The notes below the pieces were generated by a model. It was not told the origin of the DNA, did not search any database, and was given only the letters and a program-made list of their open reading frames with translations. Positions 51,534 to 64,000 of a stretch of 64,000 bases of DNA are shown piece after piece. The position numbers were made by a program, and so were the translations under genes. Position 1 is the stretch's first letter. Each line of letters opens with the position of its first letter. The DNA comes from Marsupella aquatica (Eukaryota > Plantae > Marchantiophyta), in NCBI GenBank assembly GCA_973895155.1, contig OZ316898.1, forward strand, positions 8,357,079 to 8,421,078, written 5' to 3'.

Positions 51534-53769
51534 TACACGATATAGAGCTGCTGAGCAAACGCTGGTCCGACAATGAAGTAGAGTTCGTGGTCTCGCATGA
51601 CATTTAGCAGACATACGGCAATCCACGAAAGATACTGGGTTTCTTCTTTATCCGAATCAAAAGCAGGACTAGCAAAGAGAGTCGAGTGGGTTCTAAGCAA
51701 ATTCCTCTGGTCAGATTGAAAGGCTTGGGTGGACCAGTGCCACATTGTTTGGATGATACTGACTTTGGAGGAAGAAGAGAGGAATGACAGGGTCAGTATT
51801 GTGATGTGCATTCGTACGTGGTTTCTCAGAAGTACAACCTGGCGTCCCATGACTACAAAAATGGTTCCAAGAGCCAGAGAAACCCAGGATTCAGACCGTC
51901 ATGTACATAGTTCAACTTCAACTAAGAAATGGGGTATGTAATATAATTGATGTGAGAGGAATTTGGTAGTGGTGGTAGAAGGAGATGCAATGCTGAAGTT
52001 TCTACAGGTAAGATTTCTGTTGACCCGAAGGATGCAGAAGGCAATTGTATTTCATTGGAGACCTGTGAAGCGGCGACAAGTCTCTTTGCTGAATTGTCGT
52101 TAGTTTTGAATACTGAGAAATTCAAAATGTTTTGTGGCATGTGGACTTCCAATTAACGGGTCTTCTTGATTTGTGCCTTCTTTGCGCTGAATGAAAAGCG
52201 ACGGAATCGGAAAATTACTACTAGCATAGGGAGGGACTTATGTGCTAATTTCTTCGCCTAGATTGTGGTGTATTGTTACTGTAGAAGTACGAAGAAGGGC
52301 GGCTGTTTTCTGTCTCATTCCTGAAGTAATCCTTCTAAAGTAATTGTTACACTATCTCACTTATGTAAGCCAATGCAGGAGTCAAATGTTACCAGATTAT
52401 GACAAAATTTACTCTTCAATCTTGAGCGTCCTATTTTTTATTTTAAATGAGAAGCTTTTACGGCGTTTTCCAAAACAGGGAAAACTCCGAGCCTATCTAG
52501 GAGCCAATTATATGAAGGTGTTTTCACTCAACTTTATTCAGGATTATATAGCCGTTGTAAGCAGATGTGCGAATGTGTAATGTTTCTCCTGACATGATCT
52601 GAATTTTCTTTTCTGTTTCACGTCTCTAACTAGCTACTGGTCTCCTGAACAATATAGGCCACTACGGCATTCTCGCTCCTATAGGCAAGATTCTTTGCAA
52701 ATAGACAGTTCTCAGATTGGCTCCTCCTCTGCCGAAACTCTTTCCATGGAGCCTAGGCTTTACATTCATGGTGACTGTCTTTCCAGGTGCTCTTTGGCAC
52801 CATTCTCAAAATGACATCGTGAACTCTTTATTCTAAGAAAGGAACTGTATGAAGCATTATTTTCCCTGCAGAAGCATTCTGTTCTTTTGAATTTATGAAA
52901 GAGGGGGATTTCCCCTGGAGTCTCACGAAGAAGATTTATTATATCCCACCTTACCGCTGTCGACATTTATGGATGTGATGACCACAGACGGAGTCGATCT
53001 GTGTGGATTCCAGCAGCTTTAAGTCTTGGTCATCCTCATCCATACTTTGTGCCTTGCTCAGCTGTTTAATGTAGATTGATATGCCGAATTTGATCCAGCT
53101 ATAGATTGATTAATGATATGCGAAGCAGAACGATGCTTGGATGTAATGGCAATTTACATCGTAATGGCAATTTACATCTGGAATGCCTGCAGAGTTGATG
53201 TTGATCTAGCATGTCACACTGACGATCATTACTTGTTGTATCATTATTTGGACCAAATTTGGTGCATGAGATTCAAGAATTTGTCTGGCTGGTAAAGGGA
53301 CTTAATTAGTATGAAATTCAAGAACTTGCCTGGCTGGTAAAGGGAATTAGTATGCACAGGTGGGGAACAAAGAGTAGGTTAATCCAGCAGGGCCCACTGC
53401 CCATAGATCTGGCTCTTTAACAAGACAAGTGGAAATGCTCTAATGAGTTATATATGACAGTGTAAAGTGCAAATCTGTACCGGGGATAGATACAATCCCC
53501 ATGGGCAGTGACACCCTTTACACTGTCACTTTTGCATACCTTTTCTCCCGAGCTTTGTATTTCTTAATTTTTTTAGACCCTAAATTCCTACCTTGATCAA
53601 TGTTGAGCGTTAGCATAGGTAATTTGCTGTTAGAAGGGCTTGGTAGAACTAGCCTCATTTGGCTCACTTTTATTAAAGGTTGAGAATTCAAAGTCACTAA
53701 TTTTCAAAGATGTATTTATTGTTTTCTTTTTGTCTTAAACCTAAATGGGGAGGAAATACATTTAGACTC

Positions 53770-53898
53770 CCCCCACCCCAATGTGATACTTTTTTTGCCG
53801 GGAACCCAGACCAGGGTGAGTTCCAATGGAACGGACACTCCCACCCCAATGTGACACTTTTTTTGTAGAGAACCCAGACCAGGGTGAGTTCCAATGGA
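53770..53898. repeat. ~69-bp tandem duplication
   Basis: CCCACCCCAATGTGA.ACTTTTTTTG..G.GAACCCAGACCAGGGTGAGTTCCAATGGA x2. Confidence 0.85.
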
Positions 53899-54206
53899 TC
53901 CGGCAGGGACCTGCACCAGGAAGGAGAGAGGATTAAATCAGGGCCACAAAATGGACAACCAGGAGCCAAGCAGATAATAATCAGAACGCCAATTCACTAC
54001 CCACAAAACCCATCCCACCCACACACATATACTCTCCACAGCATTAGGGTGTGGAAGGGGATTGAATGGGGACCTCCTAGTTCCAGGCAAATCCTCTACC
54101 CAATTGACCTAACCCAATTGGTTTCTTTATTGTTTTCTATCACATTGCACTCTTTGTTGATATGTGTATCATGTTAGCTCGACAAGAAAATATAATACCC
54201 GTATAC

Positions 54207-56638
54207 TGTTGGAGTATTTACAGTAAAGTAAACGCTTGTATTACTGAGAAATGGGCTCAAGGCTTTATACCGTAGAGCCAAGTAAACAAAATGACACATG
54301 GCTGCATACTATAAGATTGCATGGCCTACTGCATCCCCCATAATTTATATCGATGCATGCAACATGATTTAGTGCATACATCAAATCTAACCTACTCTAT
54401 CTACTCTTCCAAGTACGCAATCAACTCTAATGCGGTGCGGCGCCTATTATGGTGTGGCGCGGGCTATATATCAACTCAATTGCAGTGCGGCACCTATTAT
54501 GGTGCGGTGCGGCTAGGCACAATTCTAAATAAACTGCTATGCTAAATAAACAACACGTAGTCTAATAAGATATTATTCTGACCGGGACACCTCTACGTGA
54601 TTATAGTGATGAATCAGATCAACATAAGTCATGCTATGTAGTGAGTCACGTACTTTCAACACTTCCATCCGAACTACAATTTCTCAGAACTAACTACCCC
54701 TATGGAAGCTCGCATCCTGCCAAACTGTTCAAAAGGAATAGCCTTGGTGAAAATATCCGCCAATTGTTGGTCCGTGGGTACATATTGGGGACAGATTTGT
54801 TGACCTTGGAATTTGTCACGGACAAAGTGATACTGGACAATCATCTATATGCTTTGTGCGGCGATGAAATTCCGGATTCTTGATTCATGAGCTTAATTGC
54901 ACTTTGATTATCTACCATCAATGGTGTTGGAGTCTCTTGTTTCAGCTTCATCCCTTCTAGTAATGTTCTCAACCACATAGCCTCCTTGGTAGCAGTACAA
55001 GCAGACACGTACTCTGCTTCAGTTGTAGAAGTTGCAATGCAACCTTGCTTGGTACTCATCCAAGCAATTGAACCACCATTTAGCATGAAAAAAAATCCAC
55101 TCCTGGATTTTCTAGTGTCAATGTCAGCAGCATAATCCGCATCACAAAAAAACCTGTCAGAATGTTTCGAGCTAAATTTGTCTCCCCTCCGAAACATATC
55201 CCATGGTTGGCAGTACCCTTAAGATATTTAAAGATGCATTTTACCGCCTCCCAATGCTCTATACAAGGATTAGAGCAACAACGAGCAACATTGCTAACGG
55301 CATAAGCAATATCAGGTCGAGTACAAATCATTGCAAACATTAACGACCCTACTGCTTCCTGATATGGTACTTGGCCGAGTACAAATTTTTCAGACGTTCC
55401 TGTACTCAACTTAACATTGGGATTGCAAGGAAGAGACACAGGGTGTGCTCTTTCCTGTCCAAACCTCTTCACAATCTCTGAGATGTATCTAGACTGATGT
55501 AACAGAATGGTATTTGCTACTCTATCTCGGATGACTAGATATCCTACATAATAATCAGCCTCCCTATCAGTAACATCGAGATCCTGCTGAAGATACTTAG
55601 GATATCATGGCTCGAAGATGCTTGTGATCAGTAGAGCAAGAAAGTCCATCATCCACAAAGATATTAACAATGAGCATAGGCTCTTGGTGTTGTATGTACA
55701 CACAAGAATCAGCTACGGTAGGGAGCAAATCAAACATTTTCAAAAATTTGTCAAATTTCTGATTCCAAGTTCTAGAGGATTGCTTCAATCCATATAGAGA
55801 CCTCTTCAATCGACATACCAGATTTTTGTTTCCCTCCTTCACATATCCTGTTGGTTGCTCCATGTAGATGGTCTCAAGTAGTTCTCCATTCGTCTTGATG
55901 TCAAATTGAATCATCTCCATATTTTTTTCAGCAGCTATTGCAAAAGTAGTTCTTACTGAATCAAGTTTGACAACAGGTGAGAAAGTCTCATCATAATCAC
56001 TACTGGCCACTTGAGAGTAGCCTTTAGCAACTAGACGAGCTTTGTACCGATCAATTTCTCCATTCGGTTTGTGCTTGGTTTTGTATACCCACTTACATTT
56101 GATTGCCTTGCGGTCTGGAGGCAACACACATAGCTCCCATGTGTTGTTTTGGATGAGAGCATCAATCTCTTCATTCATAGCTACATCCTTCCAGTGAGGC
56201 AATTTCCATGCATCAGTGAACTGAACAGGATCAGACTGTAAACTAGTAGAAATTTCAAGTGCCTCACTTAACCATGCCTGAGACTTCTTGCTTGTAAACT
56301 CCACTTCATCAAATCTCTTTGGTGGGATACGTTGATCAGCAGACCTCAAAACCCGATCAGATGTACCTGCATGTGATAATCCAACTTCGTTCTGGTCTAC
56401 TTTTTTGCTAGCTCTCATGGGGCTACGTGAACCCCTACCTGAGCAGCTACCTGAACCCCAATCTGAACTTTGCTGCACATTGCTTGGACTCCTAGTGAGT
56501 ACAACCTCCAAACTCCCATCTTCATGGGAAATACTCTCTTGATCAACGCTAGATAGAATAGAGACATTGGACTTGATAATTTCTCATCTCCCTCTATTAC
56601 TAGATGGCGGCCTCATTCACAATTGGAGGACTCAAAAG
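54207..56638 (-). mobile_element. Truncated degenerate Ty1/copia element (3' LTR 54207-54661 plus RT/RNaseH remnants)
   Basis: TGTTGG...TTCAACA LTR, then PPT-like GGATGGAAG. Frameshifted RT (YKARLVAKG, SLYGLKQS, FVDD; DIKT[AFL deleted]NGEL) and RNaseH (DADYA, STTEAEY, QLADIFTK). Integrase, gag and the 5' LTR are absent from the window. Confidence 0.88.
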
Positions 56639-59600
56639 GAGTGTCACACCTGAAAATTTGTTACAAAATGATCGTTCTCAAGGAAAGTTCTTTGAGCATT
56701 GGGTTGATGATTTAGTTATTTGATATGTTTGACATAGAAACCACATCATAGCCTTATAATATTAAGTGACCCATATGTTTTTTGAAAGCTCTAAGGTTTC
56801 CTGTTTCCTCTCGCAAGATATTTGTCAGGACTGGTCACACAAAAAGTCACAATACTTGATCTCCCAAAAGGACTGCAAGTTTTAATTTTTTTTCTAGTAA
56901 CAAGTTTTGAGGGTATGCATAGGGAGACACTACATGATGTCCTATCAAAATGGAACCAAAAAAGTCATTAGTTTGAATTAGCAGGAAAGAAATGAACAGG
57001 AATTTAGGGCTCAGTTAGGGCCATTTCCGCCAGGACAACTTCAAAATTTTGTTTTTGAGATTTCTTTGCATTTCCAAGTACCCTATAACATGATTAAGAA
57101 TGTGATGAATCTATATGAAAATTTTGACTTTGTATGTAATCGCAAATACCAAATGGAAAGGATTTAGGAGTTCTCCCTAAAAGTCCTTCCCATTCCTTTC
57201 TCATACTCAAAGTCAGGACTATCGAAAGATCTGATCCGTTCATTTAAAATGTTTGTTTAATCGGGACGGTGTGGATGCAAGGTTCTTTGAATCCTTTCTA
57301 GTTCTAACAGTAACTCTACTATCCATGTCGTTTTCCACTACGGGGCCGGTGCTTCCCGCTTAGAGTTCCCTGCCAGCATTATCGGGATTCAAAGGGAGTC
57401 AATCTTTATTCTCGCTCTGTGTTATCCTCTGTGCGCTAGCATTAGCTGGTTTTGGAAGGAGTTGATTCACATTTCAATGGAGAAGGCCCTTGAGATAATG
57501 GACTGATTTCAATGTTGCCCGTTCAACGCTGCAAGTGAGGGGACAATGGCAGAACAAAATGGCCTGGTTGGAAGTTGAACAAAACTGAGAGAGGGACTAT
57601 CTCGACGTAGAAGCGAAGCGTCAATGGCAAAACTAAGGTGTACGTGCTGGTCAATGGCGGAGAACTATGTACAGAGAGCTCTCATAGGACATTGAGCTGT
57701 TTTGGGAGAGGATCGAATTGAGGCAACGGGAATGGTAGGGCAGGCCACAATGCAGAGCCGCTACCCTCTCAAGGTAGGCTATACCTAAATGGGCTCACCA
57801 TTCGTATTTATTTACTTCAACTGAAATTGCTCGAAAGTCATGGGAATTTTTGCTTGTATTATGTTTGCTTCAAGAATCTATACAAAAGTGGGCATTCTCT
57901 AGAGAGCATTCACGGATCAGAACTGTTGTAATGGTGTCCCTATGAGTTGCATGAAAATAAGTCACAAGCTTTGTCTTTTGGACTTGCATCCGAAGTTGTC
58001 CTTGCTTACAATCCAGACAGTCCAAGTTAACTGAAGAAATCTGCATTCGGGCAACGTCTAGGATAAGGAAAACTGCTACTATTCAAGGTTTAGGGTTATG
58101 GTAGATATTTTTTAAATGGATCGGAGGAAATTGACATACCATAGAGGTTCCAGGTAAGATAATGTTTGGAGCGGCTTGAAGCGAAGCGCCTTTCGGCAGA
58201 GCGGAGCGCCTTTCTTTAAGCGGAGCGCCTTTCAGCGCCTTTAGTTGCAGCATGCGCATGGGGTGAAAGATTGCGTATCAAAATAATACTAACCCAATGT
58301 TGAGAGTGCTATGTGCAATCAATAACTGGTGCCTCAGCTTGCCAGACTGTAGGTTCTTGACTACTAAAGGTGCCCAGTGCCATCAACACACAACGATGTT
58401 GGACCATTTCCCTGCCCAATGAGCCGGTTGATCGCAGCTGTGCAACTGCTTACAGCCCACGACCTTAAATGTTGATCAGACGCCGCCTTCAATTGAGGTA
58501 TTAAATTTTCTACTACCTACTTACCCATCCCTCTGCTGCAGCGCTCTAAACTGAAATGAAAGAAATTGTCTACTATATATCTTGCTGAGATAGTAGACTG
58601 TAGCCCCAAACTTGCCATTGCCGGTCCAAAAGCAATGGTTCCCACTAGCTGAATGCGGAGCTTTTCGGACCTATAGTTTGATACTATTTACGGTTCTTCC
58701 TTTGCATATAAAATTGAGAAAATCAGAGAACAATCCAACAACCAAGTCCAAGGGGGAGTCTAGTGTCAATGCCAATGATCCTCTCGATCTGGCCATGCAA
58801 CGGCATACATCTTCACAACCAAGAGGATCACACTGCGCCAGAAGAAGCTTCCGGCCAATGATCTCGTGAAACGACAGGTTTCTCCCATGTCTGTCTATTT
58901 GACACTTTGACTCTTGAAGCTTGGACTCCAAGCGGCCATGCTCACCACAAACCTAGTGAGCCAAGTGGCCACAATCTCCTAATAGTCGTTGCATTTCCAT
59001 TTCCATTTCCATTTCATTTATAAGAATCATCTCCGAGTCGTTCATGTAGCAATCACTGGCACACTCTGGCACAATAGTCGTTGCAAAGAATGTGAACTGC
59101 TTGACAATGTGCTAATCAATCAATCCATCGTTTGGAGATTGGTTTGTTGAATCTGAGAGGTTCAGCGTTTTCCAGAACTGTTTGAGAGGTGGGCTTTCTG
59201 TACGATCTGTTTGTTGTGTTGTTGCCTCTTTTGTCTCTGTTTTTTTATGGTGTTCGTGGGTTTTTGCCTTTTTCTGAATCATTTCTCTTGGCTTCATGAA
59301 CTTTGAAATTCCAATGCATTTGCCTATTAGGCTGACGTGCAAATGCCCATTTGCTAATTGGAGGTTTCATTTATCAGTAGCCTACTTTATGGTGTGCAAA
59401 AAGGGCTAAGATAACTTTGATTTTCACATGTTCACCCCGGCCTTAGATATGTAGTTTTCCCAATCAAAGGACTGTCAGACGATCCAGTAGATCTTGTTTT
59501 GGTGAGACAACTTTTTCAATATGCCCGCTCATCTTCTGTATCATTGCCAAATACTCAACGTAACGGACATTCGATTCTCTCTGTGGAGATGGATTTCTAT

Positions 59601-60851
59601 TGTTTCCTGCTCATCTATCCCTTTTGCTGTTATGGAGTTCATTGTAGTACTTGATTGCTCCTTATCTCTCCTTTGATGGTAGTATGCTTAGAACTAGATT
59701 TGTTTATCAACTCACGCAGGCACAATTCATCACCGGCCGTTTAGGACTTTTCAAGCTCACACTCGACTTGGATTTTGGGCCCAACTAGGATAATTTCCGG
59801 TTGAATTCACTTGTTGATGATTAATTCGATGCAGTTTGTGTCCGAATTTGCTTTGATGTAATTTTTCAACATCAATGATTGTTCTTCCCTGGTCAACTCC
59901 CGGCATTGTGCCTTTTATGCTTTGTCCAACACTTATGGGGCCCGACTTTTAGAGATGGGTCCTTGTGCCATTGATCATCTTGTATGTGGAGTAAGAATGA
60001 AGTTATTTTGAGCCTTGTCCAGTGTCTACCACGATGCTCTGCTTTGATTCACAGGGATAAGAGATCAGTCAAACGGAGGCAGATGGTCTAAGCCCATCAC
60101 TATCTTGCTACCCTAGCACGACTACTGCATCCCTCGGTAGTTTGGAATGCCTTCAAGGTCAAGGACTAGAATGAGGATGAAATTGGTGGCAAGGGAGAGG
60201 AAGCAAGTCGACTGCAAAGCTCAAGCCGTAGAGACACCGTCACAGCAAGAGCTTGAGACCGTGCCATTAGGACAGACTGATGTGCAAGTGCCTAAGCTTG
60301 GAGTGGAGGCTTGGTCTTGGGGAGATGCTTTTTTTGTGGCATGAAGGCGGCTGGGATGGTGAGTGCCTCGTTGCTCTACTTCTTTGCCCTGATCACTAGC
60401 TTTTGGACAGTTGGACTTCAAAAATCAGTAAATATTGAGAGGAACGTTTTATCCGATTACGTAGTAGTTTCTCCTGGCTATATTATGTTTCCATCCTTCC
60501 CCTAACATGCCTCATTCTATTTGAAATGCAAATGAATAATAAATTTTAAGTATGTTGTTTAATCTAGAATTTGGATAGGTTCGATCCCATGAAACTCAGC
60601 CAGGTTCCTTGCTCCCATCTATTTTTTCTTTCATTATGTTGATTCAGTCTATTGTTTTTGGAATAATTTCTTCTTTTAACATGGTATTGCTTTCATAGCA
60701 GGAGAGGCAGTGACGGGTAGCTCGGGCACAAAATCCATTTGAAGGAGTTAGGAGGAAACATCCTCACTTGGCTACATGCAGTTTATCTTCAAGATCATTC
60801 TGGGTAGTTGACTCAGAGACCTGAGACCGAAGCTCTGATTGTATTGCATCA

Positions 60852-63800
60852 ATGGCAAATTGCTGTAATACTCCACGACAAGGGGAGTCAGCTAGACGAA
60901 GAATAGCCCGAGATGAAGAGAAGAAAAGGCTCCAAAGAGAACGACAGAGGAAATGCAGAATTGCAAAACGAGATAGGTTCAAGAAAATTCAGGCAATTAG
61001 AGGGGAATCTTGCATCCAATTCTATGGAGACATGCAAAGGTCTACTTCTCGGCTAGCTGGTCATATTGCTCCACTTTTGCATGACTTGACTTGCCACAAG
61101 GGTGTTGAGTATCAACGCATGACCATGGAGAAAGTCTTGCAACATCCGGCTTTGAAGAGTGTTTTGCCAGACACTATTGTCCATTCCAAAAGGTACAAGG
61201 CAGCTTATGAAATATGTAAGAGTGTGAAACAAGGATGGCAAGGGGTAAAAGGGGCTCATTCCATTGATGATCTACGTGTAAGAAATGTCATCACCTCCAT
61301 GCTTGTATCAGACTGCACACAAAACTTCAATGCTACTGGAGCTTTGATTGGTGCTAAAGCTCGAGCTTTAAGATTGGGCTATGCTAGAAGAAAATGCATC
61401 GAGGATGGATCTCTTACAGAGTGGGCTGTTGGTTCCAAGGCAAAGAGGATAGATGCTCTCTCTGCCGAGATTCAATTCTTAGTAACAGAGTGGTGGACAT
61501 CTCAAACTCGGGTTAGCCCAAGATCAGACGACGTTGTAAGGCACCGTGATAACCAAAGTTCTCCATGGGTGAAACACGCTGCTCATTATCTTCTAGAAGC
61601 ACAGGTAAACTTATTATTTTATTACTTGATTTTGTGGACTGAGTCATTTCCTTCCTTCAACTTCAGTGAATGATTCATGACTGAAGGTCATTTGTTGGGT
61701 CCTTGAAATTGAATAATGTGTGCTTCATTTAAATATGTGAATCTCGTATCCTTGCCGTGAAGGTCATGAATCCTTAATTGGAATTCAATCCTGTGTCTTG
61801 AAGGTTGAGCCTATTTTCTCTAAATCCTGTATCCTTCTAAGTCGAGTCTTGTTTTCTTTGATTCCTGTCTTAAAGTACTATCTTGTATCCTGTGTCCTTT
61901 ATGTAGTGTCTTGACATTTCCTTGCATCCTGTGTCCTTCAATTAGAGTCTTGCATGTTTCTTTGAATCCTGTCTCCTTATATAGGGTTGAGTCTTGTTTC
62001 CTTGAATCCTGTGTCATTAATGTACATAGAATCTTGTTTCCTTCCATCTTTTGTCCTTAAACTTGAGTCTTGCATGTTCCTTGAATCATGTGTCCTTAGG
62101 GGTTGAGTCTTGTTTCCTTAAATCCTGTGCCCTTAATGTAATGTCTTGTGTCCTTTCTTCCTGCGTCCTTACATTTGAGTCTTGTTTCCATAAATTTGAG
62201 TCTTGAATCAAGTGCCCTTTACATTCCATTTCATTGTTATAGAGCCTATAGATTGGTATGTACTTCTGAGCTATTGTATCTAACTCCAATTATTCTAGAA
62301 CATTGACCGTATGGTGATGAGGTTTTGAATAGTAAAGAACATTGAAGAAGATTTGTTGTGCTTGCAGAACTCAACAATTCTGGCCCGTTTCATGTGCAGT
62401 TGTATTTCTACACGAGGTTTATGTCAGCCAACCCTGCTGTGAAGATTGGTTACATATCATTTCACAAGTTAAAGCCATGGTTTGTAAAACGCTTGAAAAC
62501 CTTTGATAGTTGTTGCTGCAAATATTGCACTGAGATTCGAGAGCTGAAAGATGGGTTGAATAATTTGCGGGTCTCAGATTTACACAAGAATTGTATGTGT
62601 GCCTGCTCACAGATATGTAGACCTGTAGACCTTGTACAACCAGGGAATCAGAATGATTGCTTGGAAAATCTAATGGCTGTAAAAGGTGTTACAGAGTTGT
62701 GGCAGTCTGTGGTTTGCCCCCTCAAGGAGAATGCCATATGGCATGATCTAGCTTGTATAAAAGGTCAGTGTAGAAGCTGTGGCTTCAAGCTTCTGAAATT
62801 TTTCCCCCACGAACAAGATGAAGCAAATAGTATTGTGGTACCTTGGCGTCGTTTTGAAGACGTTGATGCTGGTAGTACGCGAGCAGGTGATCCCAAAAAG
62901 GTTATCCGTTTAGTTCATAAGGAAACTAACCCAAGTACCTTTGTAGGATATTTGAAACCAAAGTTAGAACAATTCCTTCTACACAATTTCATTGCACGAT
63001 GGCAACATCAAATGTATAAGGATTGTTTAGCCAGACAAAAGCCTGACACTCTTGTCTCAGTGATAGACTTTGCAGAGAATTATAGTTTTCAGGAACAGAA
63101 TGAGATACAAACGATGCATTGGTTCAATTTTCAGATTACTATACTTGTTCATATAACCTGGAAGCCAAACTCTGATTATGATCCGGATAATGTGAAGTCA
63201 CGGAGTCATATAGCTACATATCACTACTATATATCAGATGACAAAAAGCATGATAGTCTTTTTGTCCAACACTGTTTTGAGCTTCACTGGAATTGGTTGC
63301 AGTTAACAGATCCACCTCTACCCGTAGAGCATATTGTATTTAGCGATGGCTGTAGTGGGCAATTTAAGTGTGCTCGTGCTTGGTACCATGTAGCTAGATA
63401 CCAAGAGAAGACAAAATGCCCTGAATTACCAATTGGTTGTGTAATGGGTTGGCATTTCTTTGGATCTGGGCATGGCAAGGGTACTTGGGATGGAGCAAGG
63501 GCACATTTGAAGAACTTCCTCCGATCAGAGCAAGTCAAATCCAGCAGCCAAAAATTGCACAATGCAGCTGATGTTGTCAAGTTTTGCAATAAACACATGA
63601 GTATGCCACATGCTGCATACGAGAGGGCAAAAATGGAGGTCAGACGATATTTTCACTTGGTTGGCGTGGGAGACGTGAATCGCACGGTTGGCTGGGATTG
63701 CAAAACTGTGGATGGAAGTCGAAGCAAACACTCAATTCAAAGTGTAATTCATGTGAATCCGACCCTTCTTCGAGTGAGAGAGTTCTCATGCTTCTGTGAT

Positions 63801-64000
63801 TACTGTGTGGATGGAGGAGATGGGCCCTGCACTAATGCAACCCATGTGAAGAAGTATGACCTAGTTACATTGGAGCCGTGCATCTCAATTGAGCGTAGTG
63901 ATGAATCTGATGGTTTTGAAGATGATTATGAGCAACGAATATCTACTGATGGAGAGATGTTGGCCTCTACCTTAGAAGAGGGTGATCACTTTGCAGTACT
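60852..64000 (+). CDS. Spliced Cys-rich DDD transposase, Sola (Sola2-type) superfamily; 3' end outside window
   Basis: Exon 1 60852-61604 (251 codons, CAG|GTAAAC). Exon 2 from 62400 (tgcag|TTG) is open for 533 codons to the window end. Motifs KPWFV..CCCKYC, VIDFAENYSF (D 63066), ISDDKKHD, FSDGCSGQFK (D 63345), FFGSGHGKGTWDG (D 63489), SCFCDYC. Confidence 0.85.
61780..62220. repeat. Degenerate GAGTCTTG...CCTTGAATCCTGTGTCCTT tandem repeats within the transposase intron
   Basis: About 10 imperfect ~40-bp units between the donor at 61605 and the acceptor at 62399. Confidence 0.8.

Noticed and set aside
57200-60500. Second accessory gene upstream of the transposase
   Set aside because: Manual translation of the parts I examined gave only short, stop-interrupted frames with no recognisable domain.

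Overview
Eukaryotic, intron-containing land-plant genomic DNA. It is probably a non-seed plant such as a bryophyte; this is an inference from the very long Ser-rich transit peptide and the transposon content. Host genes reconstructed by hand from GT-AG junctions and recalled family motifs: a DUF1992/DNAJC28-like gene (-, 1634-3929), Rubisco activase with the redox C-terminal extension (-, 18916-21636), an LEA_2/NHL-type membrane protein (-, 27471-29083), a conserved uncharacterised chloroplast membrane protein (-, 40099-43355), a frameshifted PPD1 pseudogene that keeps its introns (-, about 46593-47900) and an intronless non-RD SD-2-like receptor kinase with almost no ectodomain (+, 50223-51533). 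Mobile DNA: a young full-length Ty1/copia element (7844-14357; near-identical LTRs, ATTTT TSD, two in-frame stops), two solo LTRs, nested MITEs, a truncated degenerate copia (54207-about 56638), and many tandem or dispersed repeats. At the right edge is an apparently intact, spliced, Cys-rich DDD transposase gene with Sola2-type motifs (60852->64000); its long second exon is missing from the ORF track because it runs off the window. Most interesting leads: the Sola2-like element, the GTAC/MYB-motif 18-bp array in the copia U3, duplicated splice donors in RCA intron 1, RCA alpha/beta isoform potential, and the PPD1 pseudogene. No database searches were run; family calls rest on recalled motifs.
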